NCBI GenBank assembly: GCA_965217115.1
Contig: OZ244239.1
Span: forward strand, 1,696,001 to 1,760,000
DNA length: 64,000 nucleotides
Reading direction: 5' to 3'
DNA from: Bdellovibrionales bacterium
Lineage (GTDB): Bacteria; Bdellovibrionota; Bdellovibrionia; Bdellovibrionales; CAYMLA01
A model generated the notes under the pieces. The model searched no databases and was not told the DNA's origin. It saw only the letters and a list, made by a program, of their open reading frames with translations. The translations under genes and the position numbers were made by a program. This document shows positions 30,631-40,961 of the stretch, piece after piece. Position 1 is the stretch's first letter. Every line of letters begins with the position of its first letter.

Positions 30631-31641
30631 ATGAAGTCGTTTTTAATTATTGTGTTGTCATTTTCTTTTATTTCATCTTATGCGCAAGATGTTGTAGAGG
30701 GTCTGGAACAATTAAAAACTCAAACTGTAAAGAGCGGAATTTCAATTCAGTATTTATTCACGAAAAGAAATTTGAGTGAGACAGAATTTATGGAGTCCTA
30801 TCGAAAAGAGAGAATTGCTTCTGATAATGTGTATATTTCACCTAACAAAATAGACTTTGATCTCCATACTTTTGGAATTCGTTATGAACCTAATGATGTC
30901 TGTGGATATGAGCTTGCTGTGAGTTACATGACGAGTCGAGTGAATCTAACAGGGCAGCTAGTGACAGGGACCTATACGCCTGAAGGAGAGCCGGATTCGG
31001 TTAAAATTCCTATTTTTGGAAAAGTTGACAAGCCTGTTGGCTCAGAAGGAGTGGGTGATACGAGAATTGGTGCGAGGTGCAAGGTTTACAGGAGAGGAGA
31101 CCACGCTGTAATGACAAGCGTTCATTTAAATATTCCAACGGGATCAGTTAAAGAGCAGGAAGATGGTTATGTTTTTCCCTACGCGGGTCAACTTGGCTCT
31201 GGAACCTATGATCTTCTCCCTGAGCTTAAATACAATTATCGAAAAACGGGTTTTGTGGCTGGTGCGAAATTAGCCTACACCTTGAGAACTGGAAAAGGCG
31301 AAAGTGATTACAGAATGGGTGATCAGATATTCTTCGATTCTTTTGTTGGGTATGATTATAAGAGAAAGGCTGGGGTTTTTCTTAGGGGTCGTGTTCGTGA
31401 TTGGGGAGCTTCATCAGACCCTCGTTATGATGTTGAGAATCCAAAAATAGACGATCCCTATGTACAGAGAGGTCGTCGTTGGGAGATTTCTTCTACAGTG
31501 AGAACAGGTTTTCCTCTTCCTTGGAATTTAGGAGCGGTCATTATAGAGGGCGGAGTGCCTGTTTACCAAGATCAAAAGTCTGGAGAAGTTCAGCTTGAAA
31601 CAGCTTGGTATTTGACTTCAAGGGTTGTCACCCGGTTTTAA
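30631..31641 (+). CDS. Outer-membrane beta-barrel protein (MetA-pathway/transporter-like)
   Basis: AGGAGG RBS, signal peptide, GVGDTRIG, IPTG, QLGSGTYD, terminal Phe. Confidence 0.7.
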   Translation: MKSFLIIVLSFSFISSYAQDVVEGLEQLKTQTVKSGISIQYLFTKRNLSETEFMESYRKERIASDNVYISPNKIDFDLHTFGIRYEPNDVCGYELAVSYMTSRVNLTGQLVTGTYTPEGEPDSVKIPIFGKVDKPVGSEGVGDTRIGARCKVYRRGDHAVMTSVHLNIPTGSVKEQEDGYVFPYAGQLGSGTYDLLPELKYNYRKTGFVAGAKLAYTLRTGKGESDYRMGDQIFFDSFVGYDYKRKAGVFLRGRVRDWGASSDPRYDVENPKIDDPYVQRGRRWEISSTVRTGFPLPWNLGAVIIEGGVPVYQDQKSGEVQLETAWYLTSRVVTRF

Positions 31642-31848
31642 ATTTCTTAGCCCCTTGGATTCGTGGGCGTCTTCTAGATAAAAGCCTTGTTTTGAGTGGA
31701 GTGGGCTTTAGGGGTAAATCCTTATAAAGTACTGAAATTTCTGATAAAATCCAAAAACAAGATTCCATGGGCGGAGCCTTTATCTTGTTCTTAATGCGTC
31801 TGTGCATTATTCTTTTAAGACAAGATGAATGGAGGGAGAGTAGTTCTC

Positions 31849-33324
31849 ATGCGGTTAGTATTTATTCTTAGTTGTAGCTGGTTATTACTTTCTTGTGCCA
31901 ATCACGGCATTGCTAGAAAGGGTGTTATTAAAAATAGCATGACAGGGCCTAAAAATCTTCTTGAAAAGAAATTTTATTCCCAAAGAAAGGTGAGAGCATT
32001 TGAATTTCAAATCAATGAAAAAATTCCCCACACAATGAATGTTCATGTAAAAAAATGGATAAAGTACTTTCAAGGACGGGGAAAAGATTTGATGGGTCGC
32101 TACCTATCTCGTATGGGTCGCTACCAAGCTCTTATGGAAAATGTTTTGGAGGAACAGGGTGTTCCTCGTGATCTTATCTATGTTGCACTAATTGAATCGG
32201 GTTTCAGTTCACATGCAGAAAGCCATGCCTCGGCAGTTGGCTATTGGCAATTTATCAAAGGGACTGGAAAACGTTATGGTTTACGCGTGGATCATTTAGT
32301 GGATGAAAGACGTGATCCCGTATTAGCAACCGTGGCTGCTGCAAAATATTTAAAAGGCTTATATTATGTTTTTGACTCCTGGTATCTGGCAATGGCCTCC
32401 TATAACACAGGTGAAAATAGAGTTAAAAGAGTTGTTATGCAGAGCTACACCCGTGATTTTTGGGAATTAGTGAAAAGAAAGAAGCTTCCCCGTGAGACGT
32501 TAAATTATGTTCCCAAATTTTTAGCAGCTCGTGAAATTGCTAAAAATCCTAGAAAATATGGTTTTGTAAACGTCGGTAGAAAAAAGCCTATAGAGTTTTC
32601 AACGCTTAAATTGTCCTATCCAGTGAATTTACGCTCTCTTTCTCGTCATATGAGAGTTTCTTATAGAAGCCTAAAAGCGCTTAACCCTCAATTCCGTACA
32701 AAAATTGCACCGACAAGGAGAGGTAAATTATCTCTACGCATTCCGAAGGGGACAAAATCAATAGCTCAAAATGCAGCACAGAAAAGTCGTGTGTTAAGAA
32801 GTCGTCAAATAGCAGGAGAGAGGGGTGGTGAATTTTATCGTGTGCGCTCAGGAGATCATCTTACTAGAATAGCTAAAAAACTTGGCGTAAGTGTGAGGCA
32901 ATTAAGAGAATGGAATCAAATCTCTCGCGGCTCGATCATTAAAGTAGGACAGCGCCTGCGAGTGAGATCTTTGTCAAAATATAAGATAAAACGTAGAGAC
33001 AAAGAAAACACTCATCTTGTTACTCATCATCAGGTTATTGCGGGAGAAAGTCTCTATCGTATTGCTCGTAAATACGAAACGACAGTGTCTTCATTGAGAA
33101 AAATTAATGGTTTGAGTAAAACCACTCTGAGAATAGGAAAAAAACTTAGAGTTCGACCGGTAGAGAAGTCCGATATTAAGAGAAAAACATACATTATCAG
33201 GCGGGGAGACACGTTAATAGGGATCGCCAACAAATATGGAGTGTCAACAAGCTCTCTGATAAAAATGAATCGCCTTGTTAAAAGAGAGAGGATTTATCCT
33301 GGCTCTCAACTTTTAATTCCATAG
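31849..33324 (+). CDS. mltD: MltD-like lytic transglycosylase with three LysM domains
   Basis: Lipobox LLSC, ALIESGF, GYWQF, ASYNTGE, ETLNYVPK; LysM repeats. Confidence 0.9.
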   Translation: MRLVFILSCSWLLLSCANHGIARKGVIKNSMTGPKNLLEKKFYSQRKVRAFEFQINEKIPHTMNVHVKKWIKYFQGRGKDLMGRYLSRMGRYQALMENVLEEQGVPRDLIYVALIESGFSSHAESHASAVGYWQFIKGTGKRYGLRVDHLVDERRDPVLATVAAAKYLKGLYYVFDSWYLAMASYNTGENRVKRVVMQSYTRDFWELVKRKKLPRETLNYVPKFLAAREIAKNPRKYGFVNVGRKKPIEFSTLKLSYPVNLRSLSRHMRVSYRSLKALNPQFRTKIAPTRRGKLSLRIPKGTKSIAQNAAQKSRVLRSRQIAGERGGEFYRVRSGDHLTRIAKKLGVSVRQLREWNQISRGSIIKVGQRLRVRSLSKYKIKRRDKENTHLVTHHQVIAGESLYRIARKYETTVSSLRKINGLSKTTLRIGKKLRVRPVEKSDIKRKTYIIRRGDTLIGIANKYGVSTSSLIKMNRLVKRERIYPGSQLLIP

Positions 33325-33345
33325 ATTAAAATACGACTCATAGAG

Positions 33346-34770
33346 CTATTTTGCTTGTAGGAAGACAATCTGCCAAGAGTTCCCTCTGGCAACTCTTAGA
33401 AGATTAGCGCCCTTTGTTAGAGAGCGAACCACTTGCTGTGGAGTTTTTACAGTTTTGCGGTTAACTTCGACGATAATATCGCCCACTTGTAATCCAGATT
33501 CAGCGGCAGCAGAGTTGTGGAGAATACTGATAACAACAGAAGTGCCCACAAGCTTAGAATTAATATTCCAGTTTTGTGCCATTTTTTTGGTAAGATGAGC
33601 GACCTTGAACCCTAGCTGATAGGGGGCCTTTTTTCCATAATAGTCTTTGTCTCTTTTTATGTTCGTAGAAGAAAAAGAATTTGGGAGAGCATCGATTCTG
33701 ACAGCAACGCGTATTTTCTTTCCATTGCGGAAAATTTTTAAACTTATCGTTTTCCCCACGGTTATGTCGCTTATGTAACGAGAAATATCTCCAGTGTGAG
33801 CTACTACTTTTTTATTGAACCCCATGATAACATCGTAAACTTTTAACTTTGCCTTCGCTGCAGGGCTTTCAGGAACAACTTGCGTGATAACAACACCCTT
33901 TGTGCTATTCAGTCTTAAAATCTGCGCGGCGCGAGGAGTGAGATTCTTCATTTGAATACCGAGATAGCCTCTCTGTACCTTCCCGTTAGTCTCTAGTTCT
34001 TTAATGATGGTCTTGACGTTATCAATAGGAATGGCAAAACCAATACCTTGAGCTCTAGCATCAATGGCTGTATTAACGCCAATGACTTCGCCCTTAAGAT
34101 TTACAAGAGGACCACCTGAATTACCAGGATTGATGCTTGCGTCTGTTTGTAGAAACGGAAAACGATTGATTTCGTCTAAATAACGACCTTTAGCTGAAAT
34201 AATTCCCTTAGACATACTGTGACCGTGGCCATAGGGATTGCCGAAGGCAGCAACCCATTGGCCAACTTGTAAACTAGAACTACTGCCGAGAGGGATTATG
34301 GGGAGCTTCTTATTGGCATTGATTTTAATAAGAGCAATATCAGTTCTCTTGTCACGACCGATGACCTTGGCTTCGTAAAATGTTTTTTTGCTATTTAATA
34401 ATTGAACACGAATAACATCGGCATTTGCAATAACGTGATTATTAGTGATGATAAGACCGTCTTGGCGAATGATAAAACCCGTCCCCAAAGAATGGGAAGG
34501 GCGGGAGGTCCGAGGATTAATACCCCAAATCCCTTCTAGCATATCTGCTAAAGGGTCGTGAAAACGGGGGGAGTTTCGATAACGATGGTTCTTAGGTAAT
34601 CGAGACGTTGAAATATTGACGACAGCAGGGTTGGTGGACTTTGCCAATTCAACAAAAATATTTGCAGGTAAAGGAGAGCCAGGTGTTATTTTTGGAATTT
34701 GAGAAAAAGATGGGGAGGAAAGAAAAAAAAGGTGACAAGAAAATATTAAAATAAAAATCATTTTTGTCAT
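33346..34770 (-). CDS. DegP/HtrA serine protease with two PDZ domains
   Basis: TNNHV, TDIAL, DASINPGNSGGPL. Confidence 0.95.
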   Translation of the reverse strand: MTKMIFILIFSCHLFFLSSPSFSQIPKITPGSPLPANIFVELAKSTNPAVVNISTSRLPKNHRYRNSPRFHDPLADMLEGIWGINPRTSRPSHSLGTGFIIRQDGLIITNNHVIANADVIRVQLLNSKKTFYEAKVIGRDKRTDIALIKINANKKLPIIPLGSSSSLQVGQWVAAFGNPYGHGHSMSKGIISAKGRYLDEINRFPFLQTDASINPGNSGGPLVNLKGEVIGVNTAIDARAQGIGFAIPIDNVKTIIKELETNGKVQRGYLGIQMKNLTPRAAQILRLNSTKGVVITQVVPESPAAKAKLKVYDVIMGFNKKVVAHTGDISRYISDITVGKTISLKIFRNGKKIRVAVRIDALPNSFSSTNIKRDKDYYGKKAPYQLGFKVAHLTKKMAQNWNINSKLVGTSVVISILHNSAAAESGLQVGDIIVEVNRKTVKTPQQVVRSLTKGANLLRVARGNSWQIVFLQAK

Positions 34771-34790
34771 GAACGTCTCTCCATAAAGAA

Positions 34791-35045
34791 TTATTTATTT
34801 ACAAACTTCATTTGTAGATCTTTAATCAATGAATCGAGAAAAGTTCTCTCTTCTTGAGTGAGGTTCCCTTCGGTCTTGTTCTTTAAAATCATAAGTAAGT
34901 CGATATTGAACTTAGCCATTTCAGGATTTATTTCTTCTGACCCCTTTGGTATGTTGGGGGAGAGTCCCATGGCCGTGATCGCACTAGACCCTATGGACAT
35001 TAATAAAGCAGATAAAGAGGCTTCTAGATTGTGTTCTTGATTCAT
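34791..35045 (-). CDS. DUF1844-like protein
   Basis: AKFNIDLLMILKNKTEGNLTQEE...LQMKFV. Confidence 0.8.
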   Translation of the reverse strand: MNQEHNLEASLSALLMSIGSSAITAMGLSPNIPKGSEEINPEMAKFNIDLLMILKNKTEGNLTQEERTFLDSLIKDLQMKFVNK

Positions 35046-35059
35046 AGTGTTCTCCGTTC

Positions 35060-35866
35060 TTATATCGGGAAGTAACCAACAATGGCTTTTACTCTTTTTG
35101 CCAAAGTTGGATGGAGCTGAAGATAGCTACTTATGGGTATTTTCGTCAAGGGATTGACGGGAAAACCCATTAACAAATCAGGCTCTAGGCTCAGTGGCTG
35201 GGTGGCAAAATAGGCTTCGAGATGGAGTAACCCCGTTGCAAGGGCTTTGGGATCACTGACCCACTGCTTTGCGAGGTGATCACTTTTCAGGTAACTGTTT
35301 TTGCCTAGAAAAACAAAAGAAACCCACTTGGAGAACACGTAGGATGGATAGAGATATGCGATGCGTTGGTTTTTTTTAGAAAATAAAAGCTGATTCAAGC
35401 CAGTGAATAAAGAAGAGATAGAGCAGCCAATCGAGATGCCAAGGGTGTCATGTCTTTTTATTTGCGCGAGGTGAAATGCGAGTATGGCTTCTATTTTCTT
35501 GTGATCGAACTGTTCAACGAGTCCTTGAGTGATGGCGATAGAGCCATGATGCCAACTTCGCCCAAAGGCAAATGAAGAGAGAGTGGGAGAGTGAATGATG
35601 TAAAGTCTAGGGAGAGGAAGTTCGGCCTTCTTACAGAGATCTGAGAGAAGCCCTCTTAAATTCCATGGGTCTTGTCCCTCGATGAGCTCTGCCTGGAGTT
35701 TGTTAACCATCTTTTTGTCAGAATAGAGGTAGAGATAAAGATTAAAAGCGACGGAGAAAAACCCTCCCCATAAAAGGCCTGATCGTCCAGCCAAGGTATG
35801 GGCAATAAACATAGTTATAAAGGATGAGAGTAGGAGAGTTATCCACACACGATAGGAAGTGTTCAT
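35060..35866 (-). CDS. HtpX/M48-like membrane protein lacking HExxH
   Basis: HtpX-like layout (AELPLPRLYII, IAITQGL, HPTLAKRV) but Zn motif reads FHLAQ. Confidence 0.75.
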   Translation of the reverse strand: MNTSYRVWITLLLSSFITMFIAHTLAGRSGLLWGGFFSVAFNLYLYLYSDKKMVNKLQAELIEGQDPWNLRGLLSDLCKKAELPLPRLYIIHSPTLSSFAFGRSWHHGSIAITQGLVEQFDHKKIEAILAFHLAQIKRHDTLGISIGCSISSLFTGLNQLLFSKKNQRIAYLYPSYVFSKWVSFVFLGKNSYLKSDHLAKQWVSDPKALATGLLHLEAYFATQPLSLEPDLLMGFPVNPLTKIPISSYLQLHPTLAKRVKAIVGYFPI

Positions 35867-36078
35867 TGTAAATCCTCTGTAAACGACTTAATGTCTATTC
35901 TAACCTGTTTTTGAATGGGTGAAGCAAGATAAAACGACGGGTTTCTTTGCATAAGTTTATTTATACAAAAAAGACGCATGGCATTGATTGAAAATAAACC
36001 AAGTGAAAAACGTTGATGAATTTGGGATAGAATTGAGACAATTGTGAGCGATTAAAAATCAGATCAGGAGAGGTTCAA

Positions 36079-37068
36079 ATGAATGTAGATATTATGGCAC
36101 TCAATGAAACCATAAAAGTAGAAAGCCGTTTTATTAGCGATATGATGAAAGAAGTTTCAAAGGTTATCGTCGGTCAAGAGGAAATGGTTGAGGGGATTTT
36201 GATGGGATTACTCACAGGAGGACATGTTCTTTTAGAGGGAGTCCCTGGGTTAGCTAAAACATTGACGATCTCTTCAGTGTGTCAAGCGATCTCTTTGGAT
36301 TTTAATCGCGTTCAGTTCACTCCAGATTTATTGCCCACCGACCTTATTGGAACCATGATATTTAATCCAAAAACAGGGGAATTCACACCCAAGAAAGGTC
36401 CCGTATTTACTAACTTGGTTTTAGCGGATGAAATCAATCGCGCTCCAGCAAAAGTTCAGAGTGCTCTCTTAGAAGCAATGGCCGAAAAACAAGTTACCAT
36501 TGGTGACAACACACACATTCTAGAAAAGCCCTTTTTGGTGTTGGCAACACAGAATCCACTGGAGCAAGATGGGACATACCCTTTGCCAGAGGCGCAGATG
36601 GATCGTTTTATGTTTAAAATTCTCGTTGATTATCCACATAAAGAGAACGAGATGGAGATATTAAATCGCATGTCCTCTAATGAAAGTCCTCAGGTAGAAG
36701 CCATCATCAGTAGGGAGCAATTATTGAGGGCTTCAGCCCATGTGGATTCTATCTATGTTGATGACAAGGTAAAAAACTATATTGTAGAAATTGTGATGAG
36801 TACACGAGAGCCAGAGGAATACGGTTTGAGCTCTATTGCAAATTTAATCTCAGTAGGCTGTTCTCCCCGCGCAACGATTAGTTTAGTAAGATCAGCCAAG
36901 GCTCACGCTTTTTTAAGAGGTCGAGGGTATGTGACGGCAGAAGATGTAAAAGCCGTGACTTATAATGTTCTTCGTCACCGTTTAATACTAACTTACGAAG
37001 CTGAGGCAGAAGAGATGAAAAGTGATGATGTGATTAAGCAAATTCTTAATCACATTGAGGTGACTTAG
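36079..37068 (+). CDS. moxR: MoxR family AAA+ ATPase
   Basis: EGVPGLAKT, QFTPDLLP, DEINRAPAKVQSALLE, ATQNP. Confidence 0.95.
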   Translation: MNVDIMALNETIKVESRFISDMMKEVSKVIVGQEEMVEGILMGLLTGGHVLLEGVPGLAKTLTISSVCQAISLDFNRVQFTPDLLPTDLIGTMIFNPKTGEFTPKKGPVFTNLVLADEINRAPAKVQSALLEAMAEKQVTIGDNTHILEKPFLVLATQNPLEQDGTYPLPEAQMDRFMFKILVDYPHKENEMEILNRMSSNESPQVEAIISREQLLRASAHVDSIYVDDKVKNYIVEIVMSTREPEEYGLSSIANLISVGCSPRATISLVRSAKAHAFLRGRGYVTAEDVKAVTYNVLRHRLILTYEAEAEEMKSDDVIKQILNHIEVT

Positions 37069-37952
37069 TGGTTTCAACTCTTCCTCTAGAAATTCATAGG
37101 AAGATTAAACTTCTTGAATTAAACACTCGTCGCTTGGTGAATGATATCTTTTCAGGAGAATACAAATCGTCCTTTAAAGGGCAGGGGATGACTTTCTCTG
37201 AATTTCGTGAATACGTCCCTGGGGATGATGTTAGAAATATTTCTTGGACATTGACCGCCAAGGTGGGAAAGGCCCATGTAAAAATTTTTGAAGAAGAAAG
37301 AGAACAAACTCTTATGCTCGCTGTTGATATAAGTGGTTCTTCAAATTATGGAACAGGTGAGTATCTTAAAGGAGAGGTCATGGTGCATTTAGCGGCGCTC
37401 TTGGCCTTTTCTGCGATAAAAAACAATGACAAAGTAGGATTGCTTCTTTTTACCAATCAAGTGGAGCTTTTTGTGCCTCCTAAAAAAGGCAGAGGGCAAG
37501 TTCATCGTATTTTGCGCGATCTGTATTACTTTAAACCCAAAAGTAGAGGAACTTGCCTATCCATACCTTTGGATTACCTAAGTGGTGTCCTTAAGAAGAA
37601 CACCACTGTTTTTGTAATGAGTGATTTTATGGATAAGAATTGTCACCGTTCATTCCGCTTATTGGCTCGTAAACATGAAGTGATAGGAGTTGTTGTGGAG
37701 GACTCCTCTGAATATAAAATACCAGACATGGGTGTGGTGGATTTACATGATGGAGAGACAGGTGAGTTGCTCACTGTGGACACGTCATCTTCGTCATTTA
37801 GAAAGAGTTTTGAAGATCTATCAAAAAAGCGACGTTTGCAAAGAGATAGAGAGCTTAAGAAATCTCTTGTAGACTGCATTAATATTTTGGACGGCGAAGA
37901 CTTTGTTGATCCACTTATTGCTTATTTTAAGAAAAGACGAGCGAGAGGTTGA
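37068..37952 (+). CDS. DUF58 protein
   Basis: GQGMTFSEFREYVPGDDVRNISW, DISGS. Confidence 0.92.
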   Translation: MVSTLPLEIHRKIKLLELNTRRLVNDIFSGEYKSSFKGQGMTFSEFREYVPGDDVRNISWTLTAKVGKAHVKIFEEEREQTLMLAVDISGSSNYGTGEYLKGEVMVHLAALLAFSAIKNNDKVGLLLFTNQVELFVPPKKGRGQVHRILRDLYYFKPKSRGTCLSIPLDYLSGVLKKNTTVFVMSDFMDKNCHRSFRLLARKHEVIGVVVEDSSEYKIPDMGVVDLHDGETGELLTVDTSSSSFRKSFEDLSKKRRLQRDRELKKSLVDCINILDGEDFVDPLIAYFKKRRARG

Positions 37953-37960
37953 AGCTTTAA

Positions 37961-38890
37961 ATGGCAAAAAGTAAAGAGCTAGAAAAAAAACAAAAAAAAA
38001 CAACGGAGACACAGAAATCGGCTTTGATTTGGCAGTGTGATCTAGTTGCAAATTCTCAATCCACAGGTCAGATCACTGTTGGAAGCCCTATTCATATGCA
38101 CTGTGAGGGTACGAAAACTATTTTTAATTCTAATAAGCTAGAAATTTTGTTAAACAAAAAACAAAAATATGTTCTCCATCTTCTTAAGGTGGAGAACATA
38201 TCAGAAACTGAAATGGACCTGATTGTTACAAGTTATCAAGCAGGACAGCATCAGTTAAAAAACTTTCAATTATCTGATGGAAATGATTTTGTCGACAGTG
38301 GGCCTTTGCAGTTCAACGTGACTTCTGTTTTAAAAAAAGAAGCTAAGCCTTTTGGGCCTTTTGGACCCATTGGTCTAGAGAGGCCTACATGGTATTGGAC
38401 ATCAATTGGAGTGATTGTTGGATTGATCACCATTGTCGCACTATTGAAATTTCGGAAAAGTTGGCAGAGAAAAAAAATAATCAAAAGGTTAGAATCTCAC
38501 GGAACGGCGTTATCTGCCTATAATCAATTAAATAAGGAATTACGTTCTTTAGATAGAGAATTAACTCTTCAAAGGCAGAGAGTATCCGACACAGAGCAAC
38601 TAGAGAGAACCCACAGAGAGCACATAAGAGAATTGGAAAAAAGTTTTCGAATGTATTTGGTTAGAGAGCTAAAGGTTCCAGCGATGGAATGGTCAAACAA
38701 ACAAATTCTTGGGGAAATTAAAAGAACGGACAAAAAATTGTTTAAATCTCAGAATGCTTCAATTGAAAAATTATTATTGGAGTTCAAAAGATTAAATAAA
38801 ACAAATGAGGAATTCACTTTGTCTGATTGCCAACAGATGAGACGGCTTTGTCGTGATTGCTGTGATCTTCTTTATAAGGAGAGGAATTAA
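37961..38890 (+). CDS. Bat-operon single-TM hypothetical protein
   Basis: Located between DUF58 and batA; one TM helix. Confidence 0.7.
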   Translation: MAKSKELEKKQKKTTETQKSALIWQCDLVANSQSTGQITVGSPIHMHCEGTKTIFNSNKLEILLNKKQKYVLHLLKVENISETEMDLIVTSYQAGQHQLKNFQLSDGNDFVDSGPLQFNVTSVLKKEAKPFGPFGPIGLERPTWYWTSIGVIVGLITIVALLKFRKSWQRKKIIKRLESHGTALSAYNQLNKELRSLDRELTLQRQRVSDTEQLERTHREHIRELEKSFRMYLVRELKVPAMEWSNKQILGEIKRTDKKLFKSQNASIEKLLLEFKRLNKTNEEFTLSDCQQMRRLCRDCCDLLYKERN

Positions 38891-39897
38891 TGTCATTTAA
38901 AACATGGTATGCCTTTTTCCTAATAATGCCTCTATTATTTGTGGTGTTCTGGAGTTGGTGGGAAAGAAAGGCTAAACGACCTTCTATTCAATTTTCAAAA
39001 ATAGATCTTTTCAAAAAGATAGAGGCTTCTTGGCGCGTCCATTTGATGGGGTTACCGACTTTTTTAAAAATGACAGCTTTGATTTTGGCCATAGTTGCCT
39101 TGGCTCGACCGCAAAGGGCTGATGAGAGAGTGAAGAGAAATGTGGAAGGCATAGATATTGTGATTGCTTTGGATGTCTCTGACAGTATGTTGATTGAGGA
39201 TATGAAGCCATCGGCAAACCGTTTAGAATCGGCTAAGGAGACGATTCGTCAATTTATTGACAAGAGATTATCTGACCGTATTGGGTTGGTTGTTTTTTCA
39301 GGAGAGTCGTACACACGGGTTCCATTGACTCTGGATTACCAACTTTTACAGAAATCTCTAGAAGAAGTACAGATAACAAGAACGGTTAAAATGGGAACGG
39401 CCATTGGAGTGGCCTTGGCAAATGCTGTGGGGCGATTGAGGGAGTCAAAGGCTAAGAGTCGGGTGATTGTTTTTTTAACTGACGGTGAGAACAACAGCGG
39501 AACGATAGACCCTGAAACAGCACTAGAGATAGCTAAGGGATATGATATAAAAATTTACTCTATTGGTGTCGGTAGGGATGGAAACACACGTTTGCCGATA
39601 ATGACGAGAGATGTTTTTGGTAGAAAAGTAAAACGTTATCAACCTTTTTATAGTAAAGTGAATGAAGAGTTACTTGGAAAGATGGCCAAGGAGACAGGAG
39701 GAAAGTTCTACCGTGCGACATCATCTGGAGTCTTAAAGAGTGTATTTAATAATATTGATCGTTTAGAAAAGAGTAAAATAGATGAAAAACATTATGTCAA
39801 ATATGCAGAATTGTTCCCCAATTGGTTAAAGATGTCTCTATTACTTTATCTGTTAGCGTTTTTCCTAGGAAGAACATGGTTGAGGAGGATGCCTTGA
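38890..39897 (+). CDS. batA: VWA-domain protein BatA
   Basis: ALARPQ, DVSDSM MIDAS, GTAIG, LTDGENN. Confidence 0.88.
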   Translation: MSFKTWYAFFLIMPLLFVVFWSWWERKAKRPSIQFSKIDLFKKIEASWRVHLMGLPTFLKMTALILAIVALARPQRADERVKRNVEGIDIVIALDVSDSMLIEDMKPSANRLESAKETIRQFIDKRLSDRIGLVVFSGESYTRVPLTLDYQLLQKSLEEVQITRTVKMGTAIGVALANAVGRLRESKAKSRVIVFLTDGENNSGTIDPETALEIAKGYDIKIYSIGVGRDGNTRLPIMTRDVFGRKVKRYQPFYSKVNEELLGKMAKETGGKFYRATSSGVLKSVFNNIDRLEKSKIDEKHYVKYAELFPNWLKMSLLLYLLAFFLGRTWLRRMP

Positions 39898-40961
39898 TAT
39901 TTAAATTTGCAGCTCCTGGATTTTTCTATCTTTTAATATTATTGCCACCGATTATTTTATTTTCTGTGTGGTTGCAGCGGTGTGCCCGAAAGAAAATTCA
40001 TGATCACCTCGGCAAAAGGCTTGCACCTTTTTTGGTGTCATCTGTTTCTAAAAGTAAGAGACACTGGAAACTTATTTTAGAGTGCTTGGTGATACTCTTT
40101 GGCCTTTTTTCTTTGGCGCGTCCTCAATCGGGTAAGGAAACTCAAGAGATAAAAAGCGAAGGGGTGGAGTTAATTTTAATGATTGATGTTTCCACCAGTA
40201 TGTTAGCAGAGGATGTGCGCCCGAGTCGGTTAAATTTTGCAAAAAAAGAGATGGAAAAGATTTTAGGATATTTAGATGGAGATAAAGTAGGAATTGTGGC
40301 CTTTGCAGGCTCGGCGGCATTGCTATCACCGATGACGGTGGATAAGTCAGCTCTATTAATGTATTTGGACTCCTTGAGTACGTCTTCGGTGGGGTCCCAG
40401 GGAACGGAGTTTAGTAGGGCTTTGCAGGAGGCAGGTGCGGCTTTTCTCAGAGGAGGAGTTCAGAGAGACGGAAAAAATCAAGTGACAAGGGTCATTGTCA
40501 TTGCTTCTGATGGTGAAGATAATGAAAAAGGAGCGATACAGGAGGCTGAGAAATTATCTAAAGAAGGAGTGCATATTTTTTCTTTGGCTTTTGGAACGGA
40601 AAAAGGTGCGCCGATTCCTTTGAGAGATGGCAACGGTTATTTAAGAGAGTACAAAAAAGACGAGAGTGGAAAAGTGATTCTGAGTCAGACAAAGGGAACT
40701 ATTTTAAAAGAATTGTCACGAATTGGGCATGGAAGTTTTTATCATGCGACCTTTGATAGCGAGGTAGCAGAAAATATTGTAGCGGATATACAGAAATTAC
40801 AAAAAACACAATTTGCTAGCGCAAGTATCGTTAATTATAATGAGTTGTACCAAATTTTCTTATTGATAGCGATATTATTAGGGATTTTAGAAATATTTTT
40901 GGGTGAGAAAAAATCAGGAAGAAGCTTGTGGAAGGGGCGTTTTGAGGTGACAGAGAAATGA
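39894..40961 (+). CDS. batB: VWA-domain protein BatB
   Basis: DVSTSMLAEDVRPSRL, SDGED; TTG start after AGGAGG. Confidence 0.85.
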   Translation: MIFKFAAPGFFYLLILLPPIILFSVWLQRCARKKIHDHLGKRLAPFLVSSVSKSKRHWKLILECLVILFGLFSLARPQSGKETQEIKSEGVELILMIDVSTSMLAEDVRPSRLNFAKKEMEKILGYLDGDKVGIVAFAGSAALLSPMTVDKSALLMYLDSLSTSSVGSQGTEFSRALQEAGAAFLRGGVQRDGKNQVTRVIVIASDGEDNEKGAIQEAEKLSKEGVHIFSLAFGTEKGAPIPLRDGNGYLREYKKDESGKVILSQTKGTILKELSRIGHGSFYHATFDSEVAENIVADIQKLQKTQFASASIVNYNELYQIFLLIAILLGILEIFLGEKKSGRSLWKGRFEVTEK

